From Escherichia coli (GTDB lineage Bacteria; Pseudomonadota; Gammaproteobacteria; Enterobacterales; Enterobacteriaceae): a DNA stretch of 64,000 bases. The notes under the pieces are model-generated. The model ran no database searches. It saw only the letters and a program-made list of their open reading frames with translations, and was not told where the DNA came from. The position numbers were made by a program, and so were the translations under genes. This document shows, piece after piece, positions 26,563 to 36,464 of the stretch. The stretch is taken from assembly GCF_001677475.2 (NCBI RefSeq), contig NZ_CP015229.1. One strand, written 5' to 3'. The first letter of the stretch is position 1. Each line of letters begins with the position of its first letter.

Positions 26563-29196
26563 ATGGACACTCCTGTTTCGCGCAGTGCACTGTATGGAAA
26601 GCTAACCAAATCTTTGTTTAGATCTTTGGAATCTGCGACGACGTTCTGTAAATTACGCGCTAATCCTTATGTCGAACTGACGCATTGGTTGCATCAGTTA
26701 ATACAACAACCAGAGAATGACATTCACAATGTGCTTCGACATTATCAAATAACATCTGCTGATGTTGAGAAGGCGTTAATTCAGCAATTGAATATATTGC
26801 CTGCCGGAGCGAGTGTAATTAACGATTTTTCCCATCATATCGATCTTTCTGTTGAAAAAGCCTGGATGTTGGCAAGTATCCGCTTTGGCGATCAAAAAAT
26901 TCGTAGTGGATGGTTATTACTTGCCTGGTTAACCACGCCAGAATTGTGTCGGGTGTTAAAAAATATTTGTGCGCCATTGGCAGAGCTGCCGGTAGATGAA
27001 CTATTAGATATTCTTCCGTCTTTAATCACTTCATCTCCTGAATTAACAGAAATGCCTTATGACTGCTCGGATTTAAATTCTGCAGTACCGGGGGAAGCTA
27101 GCCAGGTCTTTGCCGGCGAATCAACCGGAAGCAAATCCGCGCTGGCGAAATACTGCCAGGACATGACTGCGCTGGCCCGTGAAGGCAATATCGATCCGGT
27201 CACCGGTCGCGAACACGAGATCCGTACTATGACGGATATTCTGCTGCGCCGTCGCCAGAACAACCCGCTACTGACCGGCGAAGCGGGAGTCGGGAAAACG
27301 GCAGTGGTGGAAGGATTCGCGCTGGCGATTGCCGGGGGGGAAGTACCGCCTTCACTGCGTAACGTGCGGTTGCTGTCACTGGATGTTGGAGCGCTGCTGG
27401 CTGGGGCGTCCATGAAGGGTGAATTTGAATCCCGCCTGAAAGCGTTGCTAGAAGAGGCCGCGCGCTCGCCGCAGCCGGTAATCCTTTTTGTTGATGAAGT
27501 TCACACGCTGGTGGGCGCTGGTGGTACATCCGGTACGGGGGATGCTGCCAACCTGCTGAAACCGGCGCTGGCGCGTGGCACCCTGCGCACCATCGGCGCA
27601 ACCACCTGGAGCGAGTACAAACGCCATATCGAAAAGGATCCGGCGCTGACTCGGCGTTTTCAGGTATTGCAGGTTGCTGAGCCGGAAGAGGTTGCGGCTG
27701 TTGAGATGGTACGCGGGTTAGTCACCACGCTTGAAAAACACCATGACGTGCTGATCCTTGATGAGGCCGTGCGCGCCGCCGTACAGCTTTCTCACCGTTA
27801 CATTCCGGCCCGGCAACTACCGGATAAGGCCATCAGCCTGCTGGATACGGCGGCGGCCCGTGTAGCGCTGTCGCTGCATACCCCGCCTGCGAGAGTCCAG
27901 TATCTGCGCCAGCAGCTCAACGCTGCCGAACTGGAGCAGGTGTTGTTATTAAAGCAGGAAAAAATGGGTATCCGCTCGGAGCGGGGCGATGTACTGACGG
28001 CGCGGATTATATCGCTTAATGCCGATCTTTCTGACACCGAAGCGCGGTGGCAGCAGGAACTGGAGTTGGTTCGCAGTTTACAGGAGCAACGCGGCGCAGC
28101 GCCTGGCGAGCGCGACGAAATCACTCTACAACAGGCAGAAACGGCATTAAGAGGCTGGCAGGGTGAAAACCCCGTCGTGTACCCGGAAGTCAGTGCAACC
28201 GTGGTGGCAGAGATTGTCTCCGACTGGACCGGTATTCCCGCCGGACGGATGGTGAAAGATGAAGCCAGTCAGATACTGGAATTGCCCACCCGTTTGGCGC
28301 AGCGTGTTACCGGGCAGATGGATGCGTTGGCGCAGATTGGCGAGCGTATCCAGACCGCGCGGGCGGGTTTAGGTGACCCGCGTAAGCCTGTGGGTGTCTT
28401 TTTGCTGGCCGGGCCGTCCGGAGTAGGCAAGACTGAGACCGCGCTGGCACTGGTAGAAGCAATCTATGGCGGTGAACAGAATCTGATCACCATCAACATG
28501 AGCGAGTATCAGGAGTCTCACACAGTCTCCACTCTGAAAGGCGCGCCGCCCGGCTACGTCGGTTATGGCGAAGGCGGCGTGTTGACGGAAGCGGTACGCC
28601 GCCATCCCTGGAGCGTGGTATTGCTGGATGAAATTGAAAAAGCCCATCACGACGTCCACGAGCTGTTCTTCCAGGTGTTTGATAAGGGGGCGATGGAAGA
28701 TGGCGAAGGTGTCCACATCGATTTCAAAAATACCACGCTGTTGTTGACGACTAACGCGGGGGCGGAACTTATCAGCCAGCTCTGTGAGGATCCGGCGCTG
28801 ATGCCCGATTCGGCAGGGTTAAAAGAGGCGTTAATGCCGGAGTTACGTAAACACTTCCCGGCGGCTTTCCTGGGGCGTGTGACGGTTATTCCTTATTTAC
28901 CGCTGGATGAGACCGCGCGTGGTGTTATTGCCCGCCTGCATCTTGGCAGATTGATGGCTCGGATGGCGGAGCAGCATGGCGTTTCACTGGTGTATGGCGA
29001 TGAACTGATTACGCATATTGTGTCGCGCTGCCCGATGCACGAGACCGGCGCTCGTTTGCTCATCGGCTATATCGAACAACATATCCTCCCACAACTGTCC
29101 CGTTATTGGTTGCAGGCGATGACAGAGAAAACGGCCATCACGCAAATCCGCATTCGTGTTGATGAGGATGAACAGATTATTTTTGAAACGGATTAA
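26563..29196 (+). CDS. clpV: T6SS AAA+ ATPase ClpV (TssH)
   Basis: 877-aa ORF; two Walker A motifs (GEAGVGKTA, GPSGVGKTE), Clp N-domain. Confidence 0.92.
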   Translation: MDTPVSRSALYGKLTKSLFRSLESATTFCKLRANPYVELTHWLHQLIQQPENDIHNVLRHYQITSADVEKALIQQLNILPAGASVINDFSHHIDLSVEKAWMLASIRFGDQKIRSGWLLLAWLTTPELCRVLKNICAPLAELPVDELLDILPSLITSSPELTEMPYDCSDLNSAVPGEASQVFAGESTGSKSALAKYCQDMTALAREGNIDPVTGREHEIRTMTDILLRRRQNNPLLTGEAGVGKTAVVEGFALAIAGGEVPPSLRNVRLLSLDVGALLAGASMKGEFESRLKALLEEAARSPQPVILFVDEVHTLVGAGGTSGTGDAANLLKPALARGTLRTIGATTWSEYKRHIEKDPALTRRFQVLQVAEPEEVAAVEMVRGLVTTLEKHHDVLILDEAVRAAVQLSHRYIPARQLPDKAISLLDTAAARVALSLHTPPARVQYLRQQLNAAELEQVLLLKQEKMGIRSERGDVLTARIISLNADLSDTEARWQQELELVRSLQEQRGAAPGERDEITLQQAETALRGWQGENPVVYPEVSATVVAEIVSDWTGIPAGRMVKDEASQILELPTRLAQRVTGQMDALAQIGERIQTARAGLGDPRKPVGVFLLAGPSGVGKTETALALVEAIYGGEQNLITINMSEYQESHTVSTLKGAPPGYVGYGEGGVLTEAVRRHPWSVVLLDEIEKAHHDVHELFFQVFDKGAMEDGEGVHIDFKNTTLLLTTNAGAELISQLCEDPALMPDSAGLKEALMPELRKHFPAAFLGRVTVIPYLPLDETARGVIARLHLGRLMARMAEQHGVSLVYGDELITHIVSRCPMHETGARLLIGYIEQHILPQLSRYWLQAMTEKTAITQIRIRVDEDEQIIFETD

Positions 29197-29208
29197 TGGA
29201 GCATCCTT

Positions 29209-29773
29209 ATGGCAAAAGAATTAAGTGGCGCACTGTGGTTCAGTCGCTTTCCTGGAAGTTCTTCCACTAATGATTTGCAGGGGACTTTTCGTGCATCGGT
29301 AGATAATTTTTTGCGCGCGCATTGGTAATGCGCGTGCAAGGGTCAGTATCTCTGCAACATATCGCCCTCCCGCCAGAGCATATCTCATGCACTGGTCATG
29401 GTTGATTGCTCATGAAATCGTTCAGGCAAAAAACGTCCCGGCGATGGAGGGGGTGGATATTGAGTGGGTTCACCCGACTGAGCAAGCCTCGCTTGAAGCG
29501 GCGCAGGCTATGGTTACGGCCTATGGTATTAATAATCTGAATGTCGCGCCTGCACTGAGCTCCAACCATACACGCGGTACTGCGATAGATATGAATATCA
29601 GTTGGAGCGGAACATTAACAATTGCGGGGAGCAATGGTCAGAATGTTGCAATTAATACACTACCTCGAACCGGAATGAATGCCCAGCTTCAGGCGGTAGG
29701 TCTGGGTTACGGCGTCAGAAAATTTGTTGGCGGCAATACAGATATACCTCACTGGTCAATTGATGGACATTAA
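29209..29773 (+). pseudogene. Frameshifted peptidase M15 (VanY-like zinc D-Ala-D-Ala carboxypeptidase fold) candidate T6SS effector
   Basis: ATG 29209 with ggag RBS opens a 39-codon frame ending taa 29326..29328; peptidase frame continues in +1 from 29303 (track ORF 29387..29773) with SxHxxGxAxD (SNHTRGTAID) and distal His; T6 run 29307..29312 and (GC)4 are the likely slip site. Confidence 0.6.
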
Positions 29774-29775
29774 GT

Positions 29776-30066
29776 ATGACATTTCGTTATCCGATGTTGT
29801 TGACATTCCTGTTAATGATGTTCGCTTTCTGTGTTCAGGGGGAACCGCCTTTACCACAGGATGTGCAGCATTTTCTGAGTAATGCGGAAATGTGCCAGCA
29901 TCTTGCTGGTGAATGGGACAGTTCTTTACCAAAGAAGGATAAAAGAGACATCGAAAAGGGGGTTGATACCTGGTGTCCTCCGGCGAAGAAATCACTCCCT
30001 GTGCTGCGGGAAAAGTACAAAGAAAACAAAGAGATTATAAAAATACTCTCTGCGTATGATTTTTAA
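29776..30066 (+). CDS. Secreted small protein, candidate cognate immunity for the M15 peptidase
   Basis: 96-aa ORF starting 2 nt after the peptidase stop; N-terminal signal peptide (LLTFLLMMFAFCVQG). Confidence 0.5.
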   Translation: MTFRYPMLLTFLLMMFAFCVQGEPPLPQDVQHFLSNAEMCQHLAGEWDSSLPKKDKRDIEKGVDTWCPPAKKSLPVLREKYKENKEIIKILSAYDF

Positions 30067-30127
30067 ACTGTACCGTCGGGCCACTCTCCAGGTGGTCGTC
30101 GGCTGACTGATAAGGAAATGAAGGATT

Positions 30128-30673
30128 ATGGCTATCAACAACAGCGCGCAGAAGTTTATTGCCCGCAACCGCGCGCCCCGCGTGCAGATTGAGTATGACG
30201 TTGAGATTTACGGCTCCGAGAAAAAAATCGAACTGCCGTTTGTCATGGCGGTGCTGGCCGATCTGGCTGGTAAACCACGCGAAGAGCTGCCACCGGTCAC
30301 CGATCGTAAATTCCTTGATATTGATATCGATAACTTCAACGAGCGGATGAAAGCCATTGCGCCGCGCGTGGCGTTTGCTGTCCCCAATACGCTGACGGGC
30401 GAAGGGCAGTTAATGGTCGATATCACGCTGGAGAATATGGACGATTTTTCGCCTGCGCAGATTGCCCGTAAGGTGGATGCCCTGAACCAGCTGCTGGAAG
30501 CGCGTACTCAGCTTGCCAACCTACAAACGTATATGGATGGTAAAGCGGGAGCAGAAAATCTTATCAACAAACTATTACAAGACCCTACGTTACTGAAAGC
30601 TCTGGCTAGTGCGCCAAAACCTGTCGCTCAACAGGAAAGTGTCTTATCAGGTGAAACGGGAACAGCAGACTAA
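30128..30673 (+). CDS. tssB: T6SS contractile sheath small subunit TssB (VipA)
   Basis: 181-aa ORF MAINNSAQKFIARNRAPRVQIEYDVEIYGSEKKIELPFVMAVLADL... Confidence 0.92.
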   Translation: MAINNSAQKFIARNRAPRVQIEYDVEIYGSEKKIELPFVMAVLADLAGKPREELPPVTDRKFLDIDIDNFNERMKAIAPRVAFAVPNTLTGEGQLMVDITLENMDDFSPAQIARKVDALNQLLEARTQLANLQTYMDGKAGAENLINKLLQDPTLLKALASAPKPVAQQESVLSGETGTAD

Positions 30674-30697
30674 CTGCGATTTTATTAAGGAACTTCC

Positions 30698-32212
30698 ATG
30701 GTAAACGATACTCTTCTGGCGACTGGCGAACTCTCTGCTGCGCAAACCACTGCCTATCAGGACACTGAATTTGATTCGCTCTTGGATAAAGCCTTCCGTC
30801 CCAAGACACCTCAGGCAGCAAAGGCTGTTGAGGCAGCAGTTCAGACGCTGGCCCAACAGGCTTTGACAAATACCGTCACCGTCAGTGACGACGCTTATAA
30901 AAGTATTGCTGCGATTATTGAGCAGATCGATTTCAAATTAACTGAGCAGATCAAACTAATCCTGAGTCATCCGGAATTTCAGAAACTGGAGTCCTCCTGG
31001 CGTGGGATGGAACATTTGGTTTACAACACTGAAACCGATGAAAAATTAAAAATCCGTTTTATGAATCTTTCAAAGGATGAATTGCGGAAAAATATGAAGC
31101 GTTACAAAGGGATCGCCTGGGATCAAAGCCCCATGTTCAAAAAGCTTTATGAAGCTGAATATGGACAGTTAGGCGGAGAACCTTACGGTTGTATCATTGC
31201 GGATTATTATTTTGATCACACGCCACCGGATGTAGATCTGCTCGGCTCCATTGCCAAAGTGGCAGCCTCAGCCCATGCGCCGTTTATTGCTGGGGCCTCT
31301 CCGTCAGTGTTGCAGATGGACTCCTGGCAGGAACTGGCTAACCCGCGTGATCTGACCAAAATTGTGACCCAAAACCTCGAATACGCACCGTGGAACTCGC
31401 TGCGAAAAAGTGAGGATTCTCGCTACATTGGCCTGACGATGCCACGTTTTCTCTCCCGTTTGCCTTATGGTGCGAAAACAAACCCTGTCGATGAGTTTGA
31501 TTTTGAAGAAGATGCGGATGGCGCAGATCACAGCAAATATGTCTGGAGCAATGCCGCCTATGCAATGGGTGTAAATATCAACCGCTCTTTCAAACATTAC
31601 GGTTGGTGTACGTTGATCCGTGGTGTTGAATCTGGTGGCGCGGTGGAAAATCTGCCCTGTCATACCTTCCCGACCGATGACGGCGGCGTGGATATGAAAT
31701 GCCCGACAGAAATTGCCATCTCTGACCGTCGTGAAGCTGAACTGGCGAAAAATGGTTTTATCCCACTTATCCACCGCAAAAACTCTGATTACGCCGCCTT
31801 TATTGGCGCGCAGTCTCTACAAAAACCGCAGGAGTATTACGATCCGGACGCTACGGCCAACGCCAATCTCTCTGTTCGTTTGCCATATCTTTTCGCCTGT
31901 TCACGGTTTGCGCACTTCCTCAAATGTATCGTGCGCGACAAGATCGGCTCGTTCAAAGAGCGTGAAGATATGCAGCGCTGGCTCAATGAGTGGATCATGA
32001 ACTACGTCGATGCCGATCCGGTGAACTCCTCACAGGAAACCAAAGCTCGTCGCCCACTGGCAGCTGCTGAAGTGGTGGTGGAAGAGGTGGAAGGTAATCC
32101 GGGTTATTACGATGCCAAATTCTTCCTGCGCCCGCATTTTCAGCTTGAAGGGTTAACAGGATCACTGCGTCTGGTCACAAAACTGCCGTCTGTAAAACAG
32201 GGTAATGCCTGA
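30698..32212 (+). CDS. tssC: T6SS contractile sheath large subunit TssC (VipB)
   Basis: 504-aa ORF directly after tssB. Confidence 0.92.
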   Translation: MVNDTLLATGELSAAQTTAYQDTEFDSLLDKAFRPKTPQAAKAVEAAVQTLAQQALTNTVTVSDDAYKSIAAIIEQIDFKLTEQIKLILSHPEFQKLESSWRGMEHLVYNTETDEKLKIRFMNLSKDELRKNMKRYKGIAWDQSPMFKKLYEAEYGQLGGEPYGCIIADYYFDHTPPDVDLLGSIAKVAASAHAPFIAGASPSVLQMDSWQELANPRDLTKIVTQNLEYAPWNSLRKSEDSRYIGLTMPRFLSRLPYGAKTNPVDEFDFEEDADGADHSKYVWSNAAYAMGVNINRSFKHYGWCTLIRGVESGGAVENLPCHTFPTDDGGVDMKCPTEIAISDRREAELAKNGFIPLIHRKNSDYAAFIGAQSLQKPQEYYDPDATANANLSVRLPYLFACSRFAHFLKCIVRDKIGSFKEREDMQRWLNEWIMNYVDADPVNSSQETKARRPLAAAEVVVEEVEGNPGYYDAKFFLRPHFQLEGLTGSLRLVTKLPSVKQGNA

Positions 32213-32262
32213 TTTTTATGGATATTTTAATGAATGATGCCGGGTAATACACAGGGGAATAT

Positions 32263-32670
32263 ATGGCATATGTTTATGGACTGGTAGATTCATTACAGGG
32301 CACTGACATGGTGGGAATGGCGGGGGCAGGAGACAGAAAGGAATGTGTGTTCTTAGTTCAGGTATATGCACATGTGGGGAATACTGGAGCCTGGAAGCAG
32401 GGGCGAAAGGTTTTTGGGGATAAATCGATCCCCAGAGGAACAGCAATTGCCACTTTTGTTAACGGAAAGTATCCCTCGAGGCAGAATGAGCATAAGCATG
32501 CCGCTTTCTATCTGGAACAGGATAGTCAGTATATTTATGTTATGGACCAGTGGACAGGTAAAACCACGAAAGTCTCTGCACGCCCTATTTCCCGAAAAGG
32601 TGGAATGCGCAGCGATGGAACATATCCTGATGCCAGTAATAATGCGGAAGCTTTTTATATTATTGAGTAG
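32263..32670 (+). CDS. Small Cys/His-containing protein without signal peptide; candidate T6SS effector (possibly Tae2-like amidase)
   Basis: 135-aa AT-rich ORF between tssC and hcp; Cys in KECVFLV and His in EHKHAAFY; family assignment tentative. Confidence 0.4.
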   Translation: MAYVYGLVDSLQGTDMVGMAGAGDRKECVFLVQVYAHVGNTGAWKQGRKVFGDKSIPRGTAIATFVNGKYPSRQNEHKHAAFYLEQDSQYIYVMDQWTGKTTKVSARPISRKGGMRSDGTYPDASNNAEAFYIIE

Positions 32671-32682
32671 AGGATAGATTCA

Positions 32683-33135
32683 ATGGGAACACGTTTTATT
32701 TTTTCTCTGTTGTTGGGTTTTATGTTGTTTTATTCACCATTTGTTGCAGCGTGGGAAGTCAGTTGCCCCGTGTTTATCAATATAAAATCCTCAACAACAG
32801 TACTGGAGCCAGATATATCTGCATCGTGGCAGAGATCTTCCCGCTATGAACCCCGTCTGTGGTTGGACGGGGTAGGGATGTCGCAGGGAAAACCTGAAAA
32901 TCGGGTGGATCTAAAACCAGAGACAGAGACAATAAAGGGTGAAACCAGGCAAATATGGGATACCACAATGGCCAGTAATCAGAATAGTGAACGTTACTGG
33001 GTTTCCTGTATTTATAACCATGGACAGGTTTGGTTATCACAACCGGTCCCTGCATTGGCGACACAGTGCCAGGCATCTTCTTTGCCGGGGCAGCGGGTAC
33101 CAGGAGAGTCATCGGTATCTGTGACATGTAAATAG
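32683..33135 (+). CDS. Secreted Cys-containing protein; candidate immunity partner
   Basis: 150-aa ORF with N-terminal signal peptide (FSLLLGFMLFYSPFVAAWE), 12 nt after preceding gene. Confidence 0.4.
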   Translation: MGTRFIFSLLLGFMLFYSPFVAAWEVSCPVFINIKSSTTVLEPDISASWQRSSRYEPRLWLDGVGMSQGKPENRVDLKPETETIKGETRQIWDTTMASNQNSERYWVSCIYNHGQVWLSQPVPALATQCQASSLPGQRVPGESSVSVTCK

Positions 33136-33308
33136 AAGTAATACATTCATTTTGTGAATTAATGACGTGCCGGTATCTCATTACCGGAAATTATACAGCC
33201 TTCTATTCTTCTGAAATTAAGGAGAGGGGGGTCTGTACGGCCATGGTTTACCTGAATTCATATGCGAAGATAAACCAGGGATTATTTTAAGTAATTCTTA
33301 ATAAGGAA

Positions 33309-33800
33309 ATGAAAATGGCTTATGACATTTTTCTGAAAATTGACGGCATTGACGGCGAGTCAATGGATGACAAACATAAAAATGAAATTGAGGTGCTGAG
33401 CTGGCGCTGGAATATCCACCAGGAGTCCACCATGCACGCGGGTAGCGGTCTGGGATCCGGCAAAGTCTCCGTGACTAACCTGGAGTTTGAACATTACATC
33501 GATCGCGCTAGCCCGAACCTGTTCAAATACTGCGCCTCTGGTAAGCATATTCCAAAGTCCATCCTTGTCATGCGCAAAGCAGGCGGCAATCCGCTGGAAT
33601 ACCTCAAATATACCTTCACTGACCTGATTGTGGCTGTTGTTTCCCCCAGTGGTAGTAAGGAGGGTGAGATCGCCTCCCGCGAGAGAGTCGAACTATCTTT
33701 CAGCACCGTGAAGCAGGAATACGTGGTGCAGAACCAGCAGGGCGGCAGCGGCGGCACAATCACGGCAGGTTACGATTTCAAAGCTAACAAAGAAATTTAA
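33309..33800 (+). CDS. hcp: T6SS inner tube protein Hcp (TssD)
   Basis: 163-aa ORF MAYDIFLKIDGIDGESMDDKHKNEIEVLSWRWNIHQ...; strong RBS. Confidence 0.93.
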   Translation: MKMAYDIFLKIDGIDGESMDDKHKNEIEVLSWRWNIHQESTMHAGSGLGSGKVSVTNLEFEHYIDRASPNLFKYCASGKHIPKSILVMRKAGGNPLEYLKYTFTDLIVAVVSPSGSKEGEIASRERVELSFSTVKQEYVVQNQQGGSGGTITAGYDFKANKEI

Positions 33801-33867
33801 GCAACATTTTCCCGGCCAGGTATATAGCCTGGCCGGTTTTTATTATTTGATTTTAAAGGAAATTACA

Positions 33868-34401
33868 GTGAATAAATGGCGTAACCCCGGTGGGTGGTTA
33901 TGTGCGGTAGCTTTGTCTTTTGTCTTCCTGCTTTCCGGGTGCAGCATTGACAGTGACGACGTGCCGGACCTGATGTCACAAAGACTCGATCTGGTGATTA
34001 AGGCTTCCGATAAGGTGAATCCTGACAATCAGAAAAAAGCCGCGCCCATAGAGATACGCATTTATGAACTGAAAAATGATGCAGCTTTCACGGCGGCGGA
34101 CTGGTGGTCCCTTCAGGACAATGACAAGGCTGTTCTTGCCGATGATTTACTCCACCGCGACAGCTTTATCCTGCGTCCGGGCGAGGAGAAAAAATTACGC
34201 CGCGCCCTCAATAAGGAAACTACCACGCTGGGGATCCTCGCCGGATACCGCAATCTGGGAAAATCGGTCTGGCGGGCTACATATAAAATTCCTGATCCAC
34301 CGGAAAAAAGTTGGTACAGCCGCTTTATGCCAAAGAAAAAAGTCGAATTGGATGCTGGCATAGAGCAAAGCGCCATAGTGATTAAAGAACGGGATGAGTA
34401 A
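33868..34401 (+). CDS. tssJ: T6SS outer-membrane lipoprotein TssJ
   Basis: Lipobox LLSGCS; probable GTG start at 33868 with aagga RBS (track ORF begins 33847). Confidence 0.82.
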   Translation: MNKWRNPGGWLCAVALSFVFLLSGCSIDSDDVPDLMSQRLDLVIKASDKVNPDNQKKAAPIEIRIYELKNDAAFTAADWWSLQDNDKAVLADDLLHRDSFILRPGEEKKLRRALNKETTTLGILAGYRNLGKSVWRATYKIPDPPEKSWYSRFMPKKKVELDAGIEQSAIVIKERDE

Positions 34402-34404
34402 ATT

Positions 34405-35748
34405 ATGAGTTGGAATAACCGGGTGGTCTGGAGTGAAGGACAATTTTTGTTGCCACAGATGTTTCAGCAGCAGGAACGCTATCTGGAACATGTCATTCAT
34501 TATCGCAGTTTGCCTCTTTCACCTTTTTACTGGGGTTTCAATGAGTATGGTATTGGTAGTGAGGCGCTGAACATCGGAAAACTGGTACTTACGAAGGCTT
34601 CCGGGGTATTTGCTGACGGTACACCTTTTAATGCGCCGGGTCATACACCACTCCCGCCGCCGCTGACCATCCTTCCAGAACATCTTAACCAGTTGATTTA
34701 TCTGGCTGTGCCAATACGTACGCCGAACAGTGAAGAAACCAGTTTCGACAATAACCCTGAATCACTGGCACGTTTTTCGGTACATGAAAGTGAAATCCGT
34801 GATGCCAATTCGCTGGGGCGAGGCGCGCAACTGCTGCAACTTAGCCACCTGCGCTTGCGACTGTTACCGGAAAAGGCGGTGACAGACGCGTGGATCGGCC
34901 TGCCGCTGACGCGCATCACGGCGCTGCATCCCGATGGTCGGGTCGATATAGACAAAGAGTTGATCCCGCCAGTGGCGAACTACCAGGCCAGTACGCTGAT
35001 ATGTACCTGGCTGTCGTGGATTAACGATCTGATAAAAATGCGTGCAGATTCGCTGGCGGAACGATTGACGGGGAGCGACAAACACGGTCATGAAGCGGCG
35101 GAAGTGTCGGATTACCTGCTTCTGCAAGTTCTTAATCGTTTCGGCCCCTTATTGATCCATATGTCGAAAACGCCGCTATCGCCTGAAGTACTTTATCGTA
35201 ACCTCTGCGCACTGGCCGGAGAACTCTCTACCTACGTGCGTCCGCAAACACGTCGTCCGGAAGAATATAAAGAATATAAGCACCTGACGCCCTATGCCGG
35301 GCTGAAATCGGTGGTGGACGAGGTTCAGTATCTACTGAATGCTGTGCTAATACGTGGGGCGCAGCGAATCCCTCTGGAAGAGGGAACTTACGGTATTCTC
35401 AATGCGGTGGTTGAACCTACCGAACTGTCAGATTTCAGCTCGTTAGTATTGGCGGTGAAGGCACAGATGTCCGCCGACACCTTACTACAACATTTTTCGG
35501 CTCAGACCAAAATAGGGCCGTCAGAACGCCTGCCGGAACTGATTCGCTCGCACCTTCCTGGTCTTGTTCTACAGGTGCTGCCAGTGCCACCGCGTCAGAT
35601 CCCGTTCCAGTCCGGTTACATCTATTACGACATCCGCCGCGACGGCGTGTTGTGGGAACATATCGCCCGCTATGGTGGCATGGCAATGCATACCGCCGGA
35701 GAGTTTCCAGGGCTGGAGCTGGAGCTGTGGGGAGTTCGCGATAAATGA
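34405..35748 (+). CDS. tssK: T6SS baseplate protein TssK
   Basis: 447-aa ORF; position between tssJ and tssL. Confidence 0.88.
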   Translation: MSWNNRVVWSEGQFLLPQMFQQQERYLEHVIHYRSLPLSPFYWGFNEYGIGSEALNIGKLVLTKASGVFADGTPFNAPGHTPLPPPLTILPEHLNQLIYLAVPIRTPNSEETSFDNNPESLARFSVHESEIRDANSLGRGAQLLQLSHLRLRLLPEKAVTDAWIGLPLTRITALHPDGRVDIDKELIPPVANYQASTLICTWLSWINDLIKMRADSLAERLTGSDKHGHEAAEVSDYLLLQVLNRFGPLLIHMSKTPLSPEVLYRNLCALAGELSTYVRPQTRRPEEYKEYKHLTPYAGLKSVVDEVQYLLNAVLIRGAQRIPLEEGTYGILNAVVEPTELSDFSSLVLAVKAQMSADTLLQHFSAQTKIGPSERLPELIRSHLPGLVLQVLPVPPRQIPFQSGYIYYDIRRDGVLWEHIARYGGMAMHTAGEFPGLELELWGVRDK

Positions 35749-36464
35749 CCGACGATATTCTGACGCAACCTGCGGTGAATACCCTGCAATTACAGCCTTC
35801 AATGAGGGGAACAAGGTCGCCTGATAATGACGGTTACGATACGCTCGTCCAGGACAGCCTTCGCAGGGAAGATATAAAGGTGGTGGTTGAAGACGGGCCA
35901 GATTTGAAGCTCCGCTTGGCTGAGATCACTGCTGCTGTGAATCCTCTTCTGGCGGCGGCCAGCCCTCTGTTATGCGCGCTGGCGCAAATGCCCCGTGAAC
36001 TTTCCCCTGGTTTTGTCGAACATTATCGCGCCCTACTGGAGCGTGAAGTCCGCCGGTATCAGACGCTGTGCGACCAGGCAAACCTGCGCCGCGAACATGT
36101 GCTGGCGGTACGTTACTGCGTGTGCACGGCGCTGGATGAAGCTGCCAACAACACCGTCTGGGGGCGACGCGGTGTCTGGGCCGGGAAGAGCCTGCTGGTG
36201 ACTTTTCATGGCGAAAGTGAAGGCGGCATCAAGCTGTTTCAGATAATCGGGCGTCTGGCCGCCAGCTTCCAGGAGCACAGCGATGTACTGGAAATCATTT
36301 ACCACATTCTGGGACTGGGTTTTGAAGGCCGCTACAGTGTACGGCCTGACGGGCGTAAACAACTGGACGATATCCGCCAGCAACTGCTGACTCAACTGGT
36401 CCAGCGTCGCGATCCGATCACGCCGACGCTCTTGCCGGGTTTTGCCGGTGCCGTCAGTGGGTGA
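35745..36464 (+). CDS. tssL: TssL cytoplasmic DotU-like domain (239 aa), ends at in-frame TGA before its expected membrane anchor
   Basis: 4-nt overlap with tssK; no TM helix in this ORF; stop 36462..36464 immediately followed in-frame by ATG of the next ORF. Confidence 0.7.
   Translation: MTDDILTQPAVNTLQLQPSMRGTRSPDNDGYDTLVQDSLRREDIKVVVEDGPDLKLRLAEITAAVNPLLAAASPLLCALAQMPRELSPGFVEHYRALLEREVRRYQTLCDQANLRREHVLAVRYCVCTALDEAANNTVWGRRGVWAGKSLLVTFHGESEGGIKLFQIIGRLAASFQEHSDVLEIIYHILGLGFEGRYSVRPDGRKQLDDIRQQLLTQLVQRRDPITPTLLPGFAGAVSG

Noticed and set aside
27057-28716. Minus-strand ORFs inside clpV (27057..27413, 27227..27601, 27798..28124, 28369..28716)
   Set aside because: Antisense to clpV, which has clear Walker motifs.
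31304-32446. ORFs 31304..31774 (-), 31713..32000 (+), 32216..32446 (-), 32366..32677 (+)
   Set aside because: Overlap tssC or the 135-aa ORF in alternative frames; no independent support.
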